Source: Thermoproteota archaeon (GTDB taxonomy: Archaea > Thermoproteota > Thermoprotei_A > Sulfolobales > Ignisphaeraceae). From it: DNA of 64,000 nucleotides. Numbering within the stretch: position 1 is the first letter of the stretch; the number at the start of each line of letters is the position of its first letter. A program made the position numbers and the translations under genes. The notes under the pieces are model-generated. The model was not told where the DNA came from. It saw only the letters and a program-made list of their open reading frames with translations, and did not search any database. The stretch lies in contig JAUQPB010000001.1 in NCBI GenBank assembly GCA_030550585.1, positions 352,001-416,000 of the forward strand, written 5' to 3'. This document shows positions 20,560-30,618 of the stretch, piece after piece.

Positions 20560-20886
20560 GAGAAAGAATGGTACAGCATAATTATTTAATAACACAACAT
20601 ACCTTGGATCCACACCTCTAGCTCTAAATCCGATATCATTACTCCCAGTAAAGCCTAGATTTCTCTCAAGTATAATATTATCTTTCTCCTCAAACTGCTT
20701 ACCTTCTTAGGACGATTTCTTATGATCTCGAAACTCCCATTAGCAGACTCCTTATCAACGAATATCAACTCGTATCTATCACCTATAGATAATCCAAGCC
20801 AGCTACAACATCAAAAGACCTCAAAACAATATCAATTATCCTGCTTAAGTTATAATTAAGCTAAATAATGGAGATTCTGCACATCA
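20560..20886 (-). pseudogene. Glycosyltransferase family 2 remnant
   Basis: Pieces ISII*LNYN, RYELIFVDKESANGSFE, ERNLGFTGSNDIGFRA, YVVLLNN with stops and frameshifts. Confidence 0.75.
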
Positions 20887-20896
20887 TACTGTCCTA

Positions 20897-21835
20897 TCAG
20901 AGCCTGGCCACTATGTAGCCTTGTTTTGCTATTGATATGCTAGTACTTCTCATGGGTTTCATCTCTATGTTATAGCCAGCATTTCTCAGTACCTTGGCTA
21001 TGGGCTCAGCTCCATTGTGATACTCAATGACTATTTGTTTAAAGACTCTCAAGGTGTTAATATCCACGGATTCTAGCACTTGGTATTCACATCCTTCGCA
21101 ATCCATCTTAAGCACCCCATCCACTATGCCGTAGTTCTCAACAAGGTATTTGAGGCTCACAGTTTTTATCAGCTTGCCCTGCAGCGCCGGCCTGAAGAGA
21201 GTGTATCCTAGGACTCCCTCAGATGCATAGGCATAGCCGTCGCCAGTAGCTAAGGCAGCGTTTAAAAGCTCGACTCTATCCTCAAACCCATTAACTTTAA
21301 CATTAATGCGGGCCAAGCTAAAAAGCTTGGGGTAGGGCTCCAACGCAATAACCTTGCCTGCGCCCTTCAATGAGAATAGTATTGCTGTATCCCCTACACC
21401 AGCCCCAACATCCACAACCACTCTACCCCTCACATCAAGATCATCGTATGCCCCTCCAAAAAAGTTCTCGAAGAGAATGTCGTATAGAAATGGAAACGAG
21501 TTGAAGAGCCTGACGCTTCTCCCCATGTAGTTGAACTCTACAAAACAAGGCGGAACAGCTCTAACAGGTACGCCTGCCAATTTAAATCTGATGTCATTGC
21601 AGAACTTGATGTCTTTAACATTCCCACTCCGATATCCATCAACTATAAATCTATAGAGCTCCGGACAAAGCATATACACCATGTCGCCATGCCTAACTGC
21701 AACGTAGCCATCGGCTAGTCCATATTTAATCAGCAAGTATCTTAGGGTTGCGCTCAGCCAATTTTCAAATAAATGTCTCGCAGAAATCGCTAGGTTGACA
21801 GGCCTTACAATTTTATATAGTTTTCTAGATATCAA
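20897..21835 (-). CDS. FkbM family methyltransferase
   Basis: VVDVGAGVGDTA, ALEPYP, LKMDCEGCEY, IEYH. Confidence 0.92.
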   Translation of the reverse strand: MISRKLYKIVRPVNLAISARHLFENWLSATLRYLLIKYGLADGYVAVRHGDMVYMLCPELYRFIVDGYRSGNVKDIKFCNDIRFKLAGVPVRAVPPCFVEFNYMGRSVRLFNSFPFLYDILFENFFGGAYDDLDVRGRVVVDVGAGVGDTAILFSLKGAGKVIALEPYPKLFSLARINVKVNGFEDRVELLNAALATGDGYAYASEGVLGYTLFRPALQGKLIKTVSLKYLVENYGIVDGVLKMDCEGCEYQVLESVDINTLRVFKQIVIEYHNGAEPIAKVLRNAGYNIEMKPMRSTSISIAKQGYIVARL

Positions 21836-22049
21836 AGCTACCCCTCTCCCAGCATATCTAATTTTAGATTTATTTCTCTCTAAAATATGCTTTACCGAGA
21901 TAATCCTAGTTGGTTAAGTAGCGTGTGCATTAGTCCCAGACCAAAGGGTTTTACAAACTCATAGCGAAATTTATATGATTGTATATTGTAGAGGGGTTTC
22001 GCTAGCACTAACAACAAACCTAGGAAACTATTGTATCAATATTTTCGTC

Positions 22050-22092
22050 TGACCCCTCCCCCGCTCTAAAGAATGGGGCTTCCAGTTATAAA
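22050..22092 (-). mobile_element. Miniature IS200/IS605-end-like hairpin element, copy 2
   Basis: TGACCCCTCCCCCGCTCTAAAGAATGGGGCTTCCAGTTATAAA. Confidence 0.65.
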
Positions 22093-22195
22093 AAGGTTTT
22101 CGAAAAACAATATTATCTCTTCTGCACGTCTCAACAGTGTTAAATGTGTTTGTTAAAGGCATGGTTTATAACACTGTTTTGCAGGAGTTGGCTCT

Positions 22196-22618
22196 TTAAG
22201 GAAGAACTTCTATCCCCCTCTCTGTGGCCCTTTTCTTAAGTTTTTTATCAAATGTTGCTAAAGCTAAGCTGTAGTAAATGGCTGTTGAGAGAATTATGTA
22301 GTCGTTTATCTCCTTAACGTTCTCCTTATCCTCTTCAAGCATCTTAAGTGCTTCAATCAATACCTTCTCAGGTTCTAGTATGTATCTTGTTCTAGGATCC
22401 TCTAGATATTCCCTCACCTTCAAGAGGGTGAAGTTAATGGGGGTTTGAATAAGCCTGAGCATAACCCATATGAATTCGTGAACCACGATAGAGGGAATGT
22501 ATATCTCTTTAGCTCTATCAATTATTTCTGTGGCCTCACCATGATGTTCACTGTCTTCAACTGTATCGTAGACTAAAACATTTGTATCAAGAAGTAGCTT
22601 CAAACATAATCTCCTCAA
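22196..22618 (-). CDS. vapC: VapC/PIN toxin
   Basis: LLDTNVLVY, VVHE, INDYII, LATFD. Confidence 0.9.
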   Translation of the reverse strand: MRRLCLKLLLDTNVLVYDTVEDSEHHGEATEIIDRAKEIYIPSIVVHEFIWVMLRLIQTPINFTLLKVREYLEDPRTRYILEPEKVLIEALKMLEEDKENVKEINDYIILSTAIYYSLALATFDKKLKKRATERGIEVLP

Positions 22619-22823
22619 TAGCTTCCTCTATCTCTTCAACGCTAATCCTCCTACCAGCCCTTATCGTTAGCCTCTTCCTCTTCAATGGAGTTATTTTAAT
22701 GACATTCTCCTTTTCGTCGTAAACAATTTTAACGAGGTCTCCCTCCCTAATCTCTACTTTTTCTCTAATACTAGCAGGAATTGTCACCTGGTAGTTGCGT
22801 GTAACCTTAACTATTTCCTCCAA
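22587..22823 (-). CDS. vapB: AbrB-type antitoxin
   Basis: KVTRNYQVTIPASIREKVEIREGD. Confidence 0.9.
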   Translation of the reverse strand: MEEIVKVTRNYQVTIPASIREKVEIREGDLVKIVYDEKENVIKITPLKRKRLTIRAGRRISVEEIEEAIEEIMFEATS

Positions 22824-22960
22824 GGGTAATCCCTAGTAAAAATAGTTGTCTACTAGTATATAAGCATTTCTAGTAGAAAAGAAACCTAAGCACCTTTCAA
22901 TCTATTCATGTTTCTCCCCACCACCATCTTTCACAGAGAAGTTACAGTAGTAAAACTTGT

Positions 22961-23017
22961 GAGGAACTAGGTCTAGAGATAGACCTTGTGAAAGGCGGGC
23001 TGAGACCCATGAAACCC
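22961..23017 (+). repeat. 57-bp copy of the 3' end of the aspartyl protease pseudogene (31730-31786)
   Basis: Direct repeat, 3 mismatches in 57 nt. Confidence 0.9.
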
Positions 23018-23019
23018 AG

Positions 23020-23215
23020 AGTACATCGAATGCTTTTTGCAAACTTCTACCATTCATATACTTGCGACAGTTCCTCAAACACTCCTCAGCAATGCACATC
23101 TTATGCTTGATCTCTTTCAAAAGCTCTTCACCAAGCCCATACATTGTCTACGCCTTATGAATATGGGGTGCTATCTCTTTGACGGGCCCCTGCCCTCAAT
23201 CTCTATCTATATGAC
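23020..23215 (-). pseudogene. Probable PaREP1-like fragment
   Basis: ...LGEELLKEIKHKMCIAEECLRNCRKYMNG..QKAF, degenerate. Confidence 0.4.
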
Positions 23216-23312
23216 CCAGTATATGATGCTGCTTAGTGAAATGGATATCTTGTTTAAGAATTCTAAAGATTTATATAGAATGTTTCGGTATGTTCTATAC
23301 TGGTGGTAGGTA

Positions 23313-23585
23313 CTGAATAAAGTAAAAACAAGTATATATGTTGATAAAGATCTTTGGGAAGAATTCAAAAAACTGGCTCAGAGAAAAGGTGTTGAGCCAA
23401 GTAAGTTACTAGAGGAGTTAATACGTGAGGAATTATTTGAGAAAATGTTAGACGAGTTTATGCAGGAACTCGGTATTGGAAATGACTATGAAATCGATTT
23501 TGAGCCAGTTAAACCACGTAAAGACTTGGTAAGTGATCTTGTTAGGTCTATGCGTGATGAAAGAAGAGATAGTTTACCTAGATAG
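23313..23585 (+). CDS. vapB: RHH-type antitoxin, apparent CTG start (absent from ORF track)
   Basis: 90-codon frame LNKVKTSIYVDKDLWEEFKKLAQRKGVEPSKLLEELIREE...VSDLVRSMRDERR; GGTGG 6 nt before CTG; overlaps vapC. Confidence 0.8.
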   Translation: MNKVKTSIYVDKDLWEEFKKLAQRKGVEPSKLLEELIREELFEKMLDEFMQELGIGNDYEIDFEPVKPRKDLVSDLVRSMRDERRDSLPR

Positions 23586-24012
23586 TAGTGCTATTATTAA
23601 GAGGTATATCGAGGAGCCTGGTAGTTTGGAGATAAGAAGTCTCTATAAGAAGGCCTATGCAGGGGAGATAGTAGTATCTTATAGTCTGTGGAATGTGGGA
23701 GAAGTATTGGTAGCTTTTGATCGTGCTAGAAGGCTTGAGAGAATCACTGAAGATGATTATCGTACTGTTAAGAGAAGGTTTCTAAACGAGATTAAACGTA
23801 TGTTGAAATTGGGAGTAATGGTCTTAGTCCCTATAACCCTTAGAGTTTTACGCGAAAGCTGGAAGCTCTTAGAGAAATACCACATATACGTCGCAGATGC
23901 TTTACAAATAGCATCAGCTAGAAACATTGATGCAGAACTCTTCTTAACAGGTGATAAGAGGTTATACGAAATAGCATTAAGAGAAAATATCAAGAGCAAG
24001 TACATAGGCTAG
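23557..24012 (+). CDS. vapC: VapC/PIN toxin
   Basis: VYLDSSAIIKRY, NVGE, ADALQIASA, LTGD. Confidence 0.9.
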   Translation: MKEEIVYLDSSAIIKRYIEEPGSLEIRSLYKKAYAGEIVVSYSLWNVGEVLVAFDRARRLERITEDDYRTVKRRFLNEIKRMLKLGVMVLVPITLRVLRESWKLLEKYHIYVADALQIASARNIDAELFLTGDKRLYEIALRENIKSKYIG

Positions 24013-24528
24013 ATTTAACGAATATTATTAGAATAGAGACACTCGAAGACCTATTAATGTAGAGCCATAGAAAAAGATTAAGAACCAATCTCAACTTTGC
24101 TTAGATCCTTATGTTTATCTTCTCAATTCTCTACATAGCTGTCCCCAAAGCCTCTTTTGGCATGGACTTTCCCGTTATTGGAGCACCTTTGATGTGTTTT
24201 AAATCGATATACTCTATCTTCAAGTCCTCGACCAATACTCTATAGCAAATGAATGTCTATATTCTCTTATGTCCTATGCCCATAGAAAACCCTTTACTGA
24301 ATTCGACTACAGATGGCGATAGATTTAAAGAGCTAAAATTCAACTCTAAGTTTCACCTAGTCACTAATCTTTCTGCGACTCAGAATAGGTGCGGGCGATG
24401 AAGATCGTATATCGGATTGTATATCGGGAAGACGATGCGTTTATGCGTAAACCCGATTCTTGTACACAATATAAGACGATTCTTCGAATTTCTGCAATTT
24501 CTACATCTTATTGTATTTACGGCAAAAT

Positions 24529-25479
24529 CTAAATTGATTTAGCCATTATGTAATAGTGTTTTATTTTTGCGATCCCTGGGACTTGTGTGTAGTAGAAGAG
24601 GTGGGAGGTCCATGGAATTACAACAAATCTAAATCCTAGTTGCTTTAACTCGTAGAGAGACTTGAATAGCAAAACCGTTCCAATACCTAACCTCCTCTTG
24701 TTCGGATCTACACCTACAGGACCAAATTCGTTTCTGCCCATTCGGCGATAAACAGCAAAGCCTGCTAGCTCATTATTTTGCTCTGCTAACCATATCGATG
24801 GAGGCTTGCATCTAAATGCATACAAGGCTTCTAAACGCCAAATAGGACTGAATTTCTCTCCAACCCATTTCCCAACTTTCTCAGCTTCATCTTCTCTAGC
24901 CTTTCTAATCAAAAAACCTTGTGACGTCAGATCATTCTCGATTTTCAGAACTCTTCTTGGGTAATAGAAACGCTCTAAATCAACCTCATAACTCACAGTC
25001 TCCTCTTTCTTGACATACCCAAAATACTCGAAAAGCTCTACATAGTCTTCTTATAATATGTTTATACCTGGCATGAAATAGTATGGAGCATATGCATAGA
25101 GAACAACACTCTTCTTATCTCGTGCCTTAGCCACATTCTCAAACTCTTTGAGTAGAGTAGATAGAACATCTCTCCGCAAATCCGCTGGGAGATGAGGGTC
25201 TACAACAACATCCTTCTCAAACAACACATCCCTAAATTTCTCAATGGCTTCTCTAGGCTCTTTAACAACCTCAACACCTGCAAGAAAACCTAGAACCCTG
25301 TCTCCATCACCAACAGCAAAATATGTTATATCCTCATCAAAATTAGGGTCGCTCAGAATAAACGATGCGAATGTCTCGCAATCAACGTTGTCATATGGAA
25401 AAGATATGTTGTGCAATTTACATGCAGCCTCCAAATAAACAGCATCTCTCAAATCTCTATATGTATATAATCTGATCAT
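24529..25479 (-). pseudogene. Tandem-domain GNAT acetyltransferase split by one in-frame TAA (25051-25053)
   Basis: Both ORFs share a frame: YFMPGINIL*EDYVELFEYFGYVKKEETVSYEV; C-half has FGPVGVDPNKRRLGIG. Confidence 0.8.
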
Positions 25480-25717
25480 AGATGTCTCCCAACCAAATTA
25501 TCTAGATGCCCAAATATTTTATTTTTGCTGCTTAACCATAGAGATTGCATTTACTTTCAGATATCGAAAAGTCTTAAGCACAGACATTATCGTCATTAGA
25601 GCAACTTCTATTCCACATTTTTTCGCAATTAACACGCCCATGCGAAAGCCTGTCTAGGTCTATCAACATCGATAAGCTACTTCATCACCTGGCACAAGTC
25701 ATTCTACAAAAGCCAAG

Positions 25718-25761
25718 TTACAACTAGGAGACCTCGCCCTTAAGGGGAGGAGAAGAGGTCA
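25718..25761 (+). mobile_element. Miniature IS200/IS605-end-like hairpin element, copy 3
   Basis: TTACAACTAGGAGACCTCGCCCTTAAGGGGAGGAGAAGAGGTCA (inverted relative to copies 1, 2, 5). Confidence 0.65.
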
Positions 25762-26019
25762 GTTTGGAGTGTAACTGCGGACAAGGTGGGATCCCAGACG
25801 TTCGTTTTAACCACCATATATGAGTTGGTCAACGCACCTAGGGAGAAATAGCTTATCCATGTGTTTTGCCGGGGAAGTAGCATAGCTCGATTCTTCAGCA
25901 TACCATATTTATTCAGCGAGTGGGCAAGACATTGGGTTTTTAGAGCTGGTAGACTTTTAAGGTTTATCATAAGTTTAAATGTTTGGGTTTACCAATATAT
26001 AAACTGTGGTGGTTGGGTA

Positions 26020-26250
26020 GTGAGTGTTTTCAGCGTAAAGCTTAGGAGGGAGATCAAGGAGAAGATGGATAAGTACAGGGATCGGGTGAACTGGGCCGAG
26101 GAGGTGAGGAGGTTTATCGAGAGCAGGTTGAGAATGCTCGAGGCCGAGGAAAACATCAAGAATATAGTCAAGATACTTTCACAACTACCACTAGAGTCTC
26201 CCAGGGGGTCCTCGGTTGCTTCTGTGAGGGAGGACCGTGATAGTCATTGA
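26020..26250 (+). CDS. vapB: RHH/CopG-type antitoxin
   Basis: MSVFSVKLRREIKEKMDKYRDRVNWAEEVRRFI...SVREDRDSH; GTG 26020 follows GGTGG. Confidence 0.88.
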   Translation: MSVFSVKLRREIKEKMDKYRDRVNWAEEVRRFIESRLRMLEAEENIKNIVKILSQLPLESPRGSSVASVREDRDSH

Positions 26251-26644
26251 CGCATCCCTGCTAGTAGCCTTCATTCGCAAGGAGCCCGGCTGGAAAAAAC
26301 TTGCCGAGTACTTGAAGTTGTGCGTGACTATTGACTTAGCGTTGAAGGAGGTGTTGAATGCTGTGTGGAAAGATGTTGCAGTCAGGAAAACCATGGGCAT
26401 TGATATAGCGGCTCAGTTGATGGAAATACTGTTCTCAATGGTAGGAGTCAACATAGATGTTGAGCCCGAGATCAAGTATTTGCCGAAAGCGTTCGAAATA
26501 GCTCTTAAAACGGGTGTGACAGTGTATGACGCTTTATACATTGCACTAGCCATGGAGAGGAAGCTACCACTAGCTACAATAGACGAAAAACAAGCTAAAG
26601 CTGCTCAAGCACTTGGGGTAGAAACAATCATCCCCTCTACCTAG
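26237..26644 (+). CDS. vapC: VapC/PIN toxin
   Basis: VIDASLL, KEVLN, TVYDALYIALA, LATID. Confidence 0.92.
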   Translation: MIVIDASLLVAFIRKEPGWKKLAEYLKLCVTIDLALKEVLNAVWKDVAVRKTMGIDIAAQLMEILFSMVGVNIDVEPEIKYLPKAFEIALKTGVTVYDALYIALAMERKLPLATIDEKQAKAAQALGVETIIPST

Positions 26645-26916
26645 TGCAGGCAACTCACATACAATGATGTTATTTAAACAGTGGCAGCAGAGCTCAGCAA
26701 CCAACCTTCTACTTACCTGCTGAACCGCGTAAACAAACCTTGGGTCTCAACCGTTAAACTTAACTACTTGCAAACGGTTTCACTGCACATCTAGTTTAGA
26801 CATTGAATAGAGCCTTTAGCGACATAATCTTTTAGGCTTTATGCGGGGTTTGCCTGTATTGTAACCCGTAGCTCTAGTGTTTTCTAAGCCCTGTTTCCAG
26901 TGATGTGAAGCTTGTT

Positions 26917-27756
26917 CTAAATCAGCAGTTTTATGTTGTCTGCATAGCTGTGCCTAATATCTCCTGGCTTGGGACCCTTGAAGACTATATCTAGTTCTCT
27001 GCCAACAACCCTCTTCACAGCCTCGGCCAACATCCTTATGGTTATTGGCCTGCCTGTGCCAACGTTGTACACCTCGTTGTCGAATGCGTCGCCCTCTATA
27101 ATCCTTAGTATAACCTGTGAGACGTCGTCGACGTATATGAAGTCTCTTGTCTGCCCCCCATCACCATATATAATTAGTGGTTCTCCCCTCAAAGCCCTCT
27201 CAAGAAAGCTTGCAACAACGCCTGCGTAGGAGGGGTTCTGCCCAGGGCCATAGACGTTGAACAGCCTCAGAATCACATATCTCAGGCCGTAGACAGTGTT
27301 GAGGTGGTTTACAATTAGCTCTCCAAGCCACTTGCTAAAGCCGTAGAGGGAGACCGGGTTTATGGGGTGGTCTTTTGGAACCGGAAGCCTAACAGAGTTT
27401 CCATAGACAGCCGCAGAACTCAAATAAACGAGTCTAGCACCATGCCTAGCACAGTTGTACGCCACTTTAGCAGTTCCAAGAGCATTGTTATCGAGGTACT
27501 CAACAGGCCTCTCAATAGACTCTGAGACGCTTACATAGGCAGCTGCATGGACAACAACATCAAAGTTCTTGTAACCATCAAAAAACCTTGCATCGACTTT
27601 CAGAATTGGGATGCCACGGCCTCTGAGCCTCTCCAAAGCAAAGCTTGTAGACCTCTCCAAACTATCCAAAACAACAACATCAAAGCCCCTCTCAGCTAGA
27701 TACAGAGCAAGGTTATGACCAACAAAACCAGCGCCACCAGTAACAAGCACCCTCAT
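26917..27756 (-). CDS. NAD-dependent sugar epimerase/dehydratase (GalE-like), C-terminus probably eroded
   Basis: VTGGAGFVG, SSAAVYG, YGFSK, RLFNVYGP, TRDFIYV; stops early after SYAD. Confidence 0.85.
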   Translation of the reverse strand: MRVLVTGGAGFVGHNLALYLAERGFDVVVLDSLERSTSFALERLRGRGIPILKVDARFFDGYKNFDVVVHAAAYVSVSESIERPVEYLDNNALGTAKVAYNCARHGARLVYLSSAAVYGNSVRLPVPKDHPINPVSLYGFSKWLGELIVNHLNTVYGLRYVILRLFNVYGPGQNPSYAGVVASFLERALRGEPLIIYGDGGQTRDFIYVDDVSQVILRIIEGDAFDNEVYNVGTGRPITIRMLAEAVKRVVGRELDIVFKGPKPGDIRHSYADNIKLLI

Positions 27757-27965
27757 ATGCTACACACCTCGAACATATCTTTTGTCCGTATCCCAGTTGT
27801 TACCTGTAGATACGTTCTTGCGGATATGTGCTAACACGGCTTTAAAAGAGATCAGGATCTTTTTAACCTCAGACCTTGACAACTCCGAGGCGGTTATCGT
27901 GAATAATTCTGGCTATTTTTGTGAGATCGACTATTCGACAAAGTTGCTTAAAGATTTGAGTTTAT

Positions 27966-28110
27966 TTCATTCTTGAGATGCTGAATACGGCTAGACCACC
28001 ACAATGGAAGTTTTGTTGATGTTGGTTTGAGGAGCCTAGACTTTGATAATTACGAGGTGATGGTGATGCTTCAACTGATGGTAGTTTTGAGTTGATAAAG
28101 GAGTTTAAAT
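27966..28110 (+). pseudogene. GT2 glycosyltransferase N-terminal remnant
   Basis: LRSLDFDNYEV...DASTDGSFELIKEF; ends just before hairpin copy 4. Confidence 0.55.
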
Positions 28111-28124
28111 AGCCTCGAATGTTC

Positions 28125-28163
28125 TTACAACTGAGAAAGTCTTGCCTCTTTAGTGCGGGGTCA
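28125..28163 (+). mobile_element. Miniature IS200/IS605-end-like hairpin element, copy 4 (degenerate)
   Basis: TTACAACTGAGAAAGTCTTGCCTCTTTAGTGCGGGGTCA. Confidence 0.55.
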
Positions 28164-28253
28164 GAACCTCATTATTGGGTACCAATCAAGTAAAGCTTTA
28201 TGCATCTCTACATCGCTACTCGTTCTTGAAGGCATGTGAAACACCAAAATTCT

Positions 28254-29234
28254 TTAAGGTTCCACTACATCTATTGATTCTATCTTGTTGAACAAACCTC
28301 TGAACCAACCTTCTGCATATGGAATAACATTCACGCTCTTAAAATACACTATTTTTAGCATTGATAATTTGAGTGATACCCTATAAGCTTTTCCAACTCT
28401 ATTCAAAACAATATCATCGATTTCCCTAACTCCCCCCAGCATCTTTACCGTTTCAGTGCTTACCCCAACATGGAACAGTGCATCATCGATGCCTATTTCA
28501 CGGGGATTTCTCATCTTAGAGAGAAGCATTATTTCGAATCCAGCTTCATTACTAAAATTTTTGAAATAGCGGTTAGATCCCTTGATAAAGTAGAGAAGGG
28601 TGAACATTGGCGACAGTAATATGCCTCTTTTAATTCTGAAAATGAATAGCTGGGGTGGGGTATATCCTCTGGAATAATAGTAATCTAGATGCCCTTTTAC
28701 AATCCTTTTTACGTACTCTAGAAGTCCTTTAGCATATCTTTTCTCTCTTGCATGGAGTTTAAGCCCTGCGGGAGCATTTAGGCCTAGGGGTATGGGAAAA
28801 GATACTTTAAACCCTACTCTGACAAAGAAGTCTATATCCTCTCCCACCATAAGGTCTTTCCAGCCGCCCCTAGACAAGATATACTCTCTTCTTCCTACCA
28901 AGGTACCGTATGCGTAGACAGGGTCTATGTTTTCTGCGTACTCGATTATTCTATGGAAAGCGGCCAAGTATATTGTGTCTAGGTCGAAGTATGCAGTCAT
29001 AGAGCCTTCTGGACATTTATATAGAGCTATATGCCTCCCCAACCCCCTTGAAGATTTGTATCTATATAGAGTTAAATTGTACTCTTTCCTAAACTCCAGC
29101 AACTTCTCCCATGTCCCATCAGTCGAATAAGAGTCTACTACAACTATGTCGTATCTAGGGTTAAACACCGATTTAATGGATTCCTCAACATATTGGACAT
29201 TATTGAAAACAGTTCCATAGATGCATACTCTCAG
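28254..29234 (-). CDS. Glycosyltransferase family 2, apparent CTG start at 29234
   Basis: LRVCIYGTVFNNVQYVEESIKSV upstream of the ORF-track start; VVDSYSTDGT, FDLD, GEDID; GGTGA 6 nt before CTG. Confidence 0.85.
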   Translation of the reverse strand: MRVCIYGTVFNNVQYVEESIKSVFNPRYDIVVVDSYSTDGTWEKLLEFRKEYNLTLYRYKSSRGLGRHIALYKCPEGSMTAYFDLDTIYLAAFHRIIEYAENIDPVYAYGTLVGRREYILSRGGWKDLMVGEDIDFFVRVGFKVSFPIPLGLNAPAGLKLHAREKRYAKGLLEYVKRIVKGHLDYYYSRGYTPPQLFIFRIKRGILLSPMFTLLYFIKGSNRYFKNFSNEAGFEIMLLSKMRNPREIGIDDALFHVGVSTETVKMLGGVREIDDIVLNRVGKAYRVSLKLSMLKIVYFKSVNVIPYAEGWFRGLFNKIESIDVVEP

Positions 29235-29399
29235 TCTCCATCACCTATCTTTGTATCAAGGCTCAGCCCGTTTATAAAACGATTTTGCTAGAAACAACTT
29301 TTGTAGCCAGAAGCATAACTCACTACAATACTCTCATTGCCATGTTTTGACATAGTTATCTTCCGATTTCTATACAGCTGTGAATTAAAGACCGTTGTG

Positions 29400-29919
29400 T
29401 TGGGGGAAGGGGAACCCGTTTTCTTTCTAATCTTCTCTTTACTGATCTCTAGGAGTTTTTCGATGAGCTTGGTCCTGGCTTTGACTGATTCTTGGCTAAG
29501 TCTAGCTTCATGGAACCCCTCAACATGTAGATAGTAGGCTGCGTCCCATGCGTAGAGAATGTCCTCACTAATCTTCTCAGCTAGTTTGCGGGCCGCCGAG
29601 TCTAGCAGCTTTAAGGTCCATCTACCCCTCGCTCTTGCTTCGCCAGCCTCTTCAAGTTCTGTGGCTAGGGATAAAGCCTTAATACACTCTTCAGCAACCT
29701 TATAGAGTTTTCAGATGCTTGAATAACATCTTCTTTATCGAGAAGTTCCCTGCCCCTCTCAAACATCTTCTCAGCGAGCTCTACATGAACACTAGCCTCC
29801 TCGTCGGGGTCCAACCCAAGCTCCATAATGAGAGAATCTGTTATGAAGAGCTCGACATCTATTCCCCTCTCCCTAGCCTTCTCATAGAGCTTCCTCAGCA
29901 CAATAATAGCTACCTCCAC
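29400..29919 (-). pseudogene. PaREP1 family (HEPN-like) protein, frameshifted
   Basis: ...DVIQASE | YKVAEECIKAL | RGRWTLKLLDSAA...WDAAYYLHVEGFHE in different frames. Confidence 0.8.
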
Positions 29920-30024
29920 AGAGTTGCACCCAAAGGATAACTACCCCAATATGTCTATGTAGTACAGCCTCAAAAGTTTATGCTGATATCATGCCTAGTG
30001 AACACCAAATATCAACACTTGTAC

Positions 30025-30061
30025 TGACCTCCTCCATGCTCTGAAGGGCTAGACTTGTAAA
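30025..30061 (-). mobile_element. Miniature IS200/IS605-end-like hairpin element, copy 5 (internally deleted)
   Basis: TGACCTCCTCCATGCTCTGAAGGGCTAGACTTGTAAA. Confidence 0.55.
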
Positions 30062-30618
30062 GATGTTTTGTATCCAGTGTCAAACCATCAAAAACGGTTT
30101 CCTATGTCTCATACACAGATCATTTGTGGTTGATGCGCTTACACAGGCTCAAACCCAAATAAGTGACCTGCAGCTGGATTGTGGAGGGGGTAATAAAAAG
30201 CTTCTAAAATCCATGTTTCCTACCATATATGAGGAGGTATAATAGGAGAGTAGCTATAGCAGCTAGGCCGATGAACATGGCTCGGGCACCGGAAATGGCA
30301 CGCTACCTCCCCGTGTTAGATCGTAGTATATTATCGACCCCGAGTAAACCATGAATGCATGACTTGAACCCTTAAGCAATATCTGAAGAGTGTTGGGATC
30401 AGCCCATACGATGACGGCATCTCCAAAGCCAGAGGCTGCTTCGCGAATTTCCTGACCGTTTGTCCTTAGAGGGCGGACTAAACCACTTTAAACTGTCACA
30501 ACCCCCCTTTGGAAGCAAACAGTTTTCATATATTTTCGCTGGGGTTGACATGTCTTTTGTGTCTAGACATAAAAAGGTTTATTAGCTATGTCTGTGCATA
30601 GTATGTCTGGCGAGGCCC

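Noticed and set aside
18280-24382. Shared motif ACTAATCT(TT)CTGCGACTCA at ~18280 and ~24363
   Set aside because: Only two short, gapped copies with no structure; cannot be separated from chance or old debris
25740-26019. ORF 25740-25970 and the N-terminal extension of ORF 25861-26250
   Set aside because: The first runs into hairpin copy 3 and has no motif; the antitoxin more plausibly starts at GTG 26020 behind a TATA box and SD
17869-30061. Hairpin repeats as a CRISPR array or integron attC sites
   Set aside because: Kilobase, irregular spacing, mixed orientation, and no cas or integrase gene in the window
30200-30500. GC-richer stretch considered as a TnpB omegaRNA, sixth hairpin copy or tRNA att remnant (GACTTGAACCC)
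   Set aside because: The minus strand reads as a degraded membrane or GT2 C-terminus (TVRKFAKQ...FIGLAAIATLLLYLLIYGRKHGF); the repeat and tRNA matches are too short
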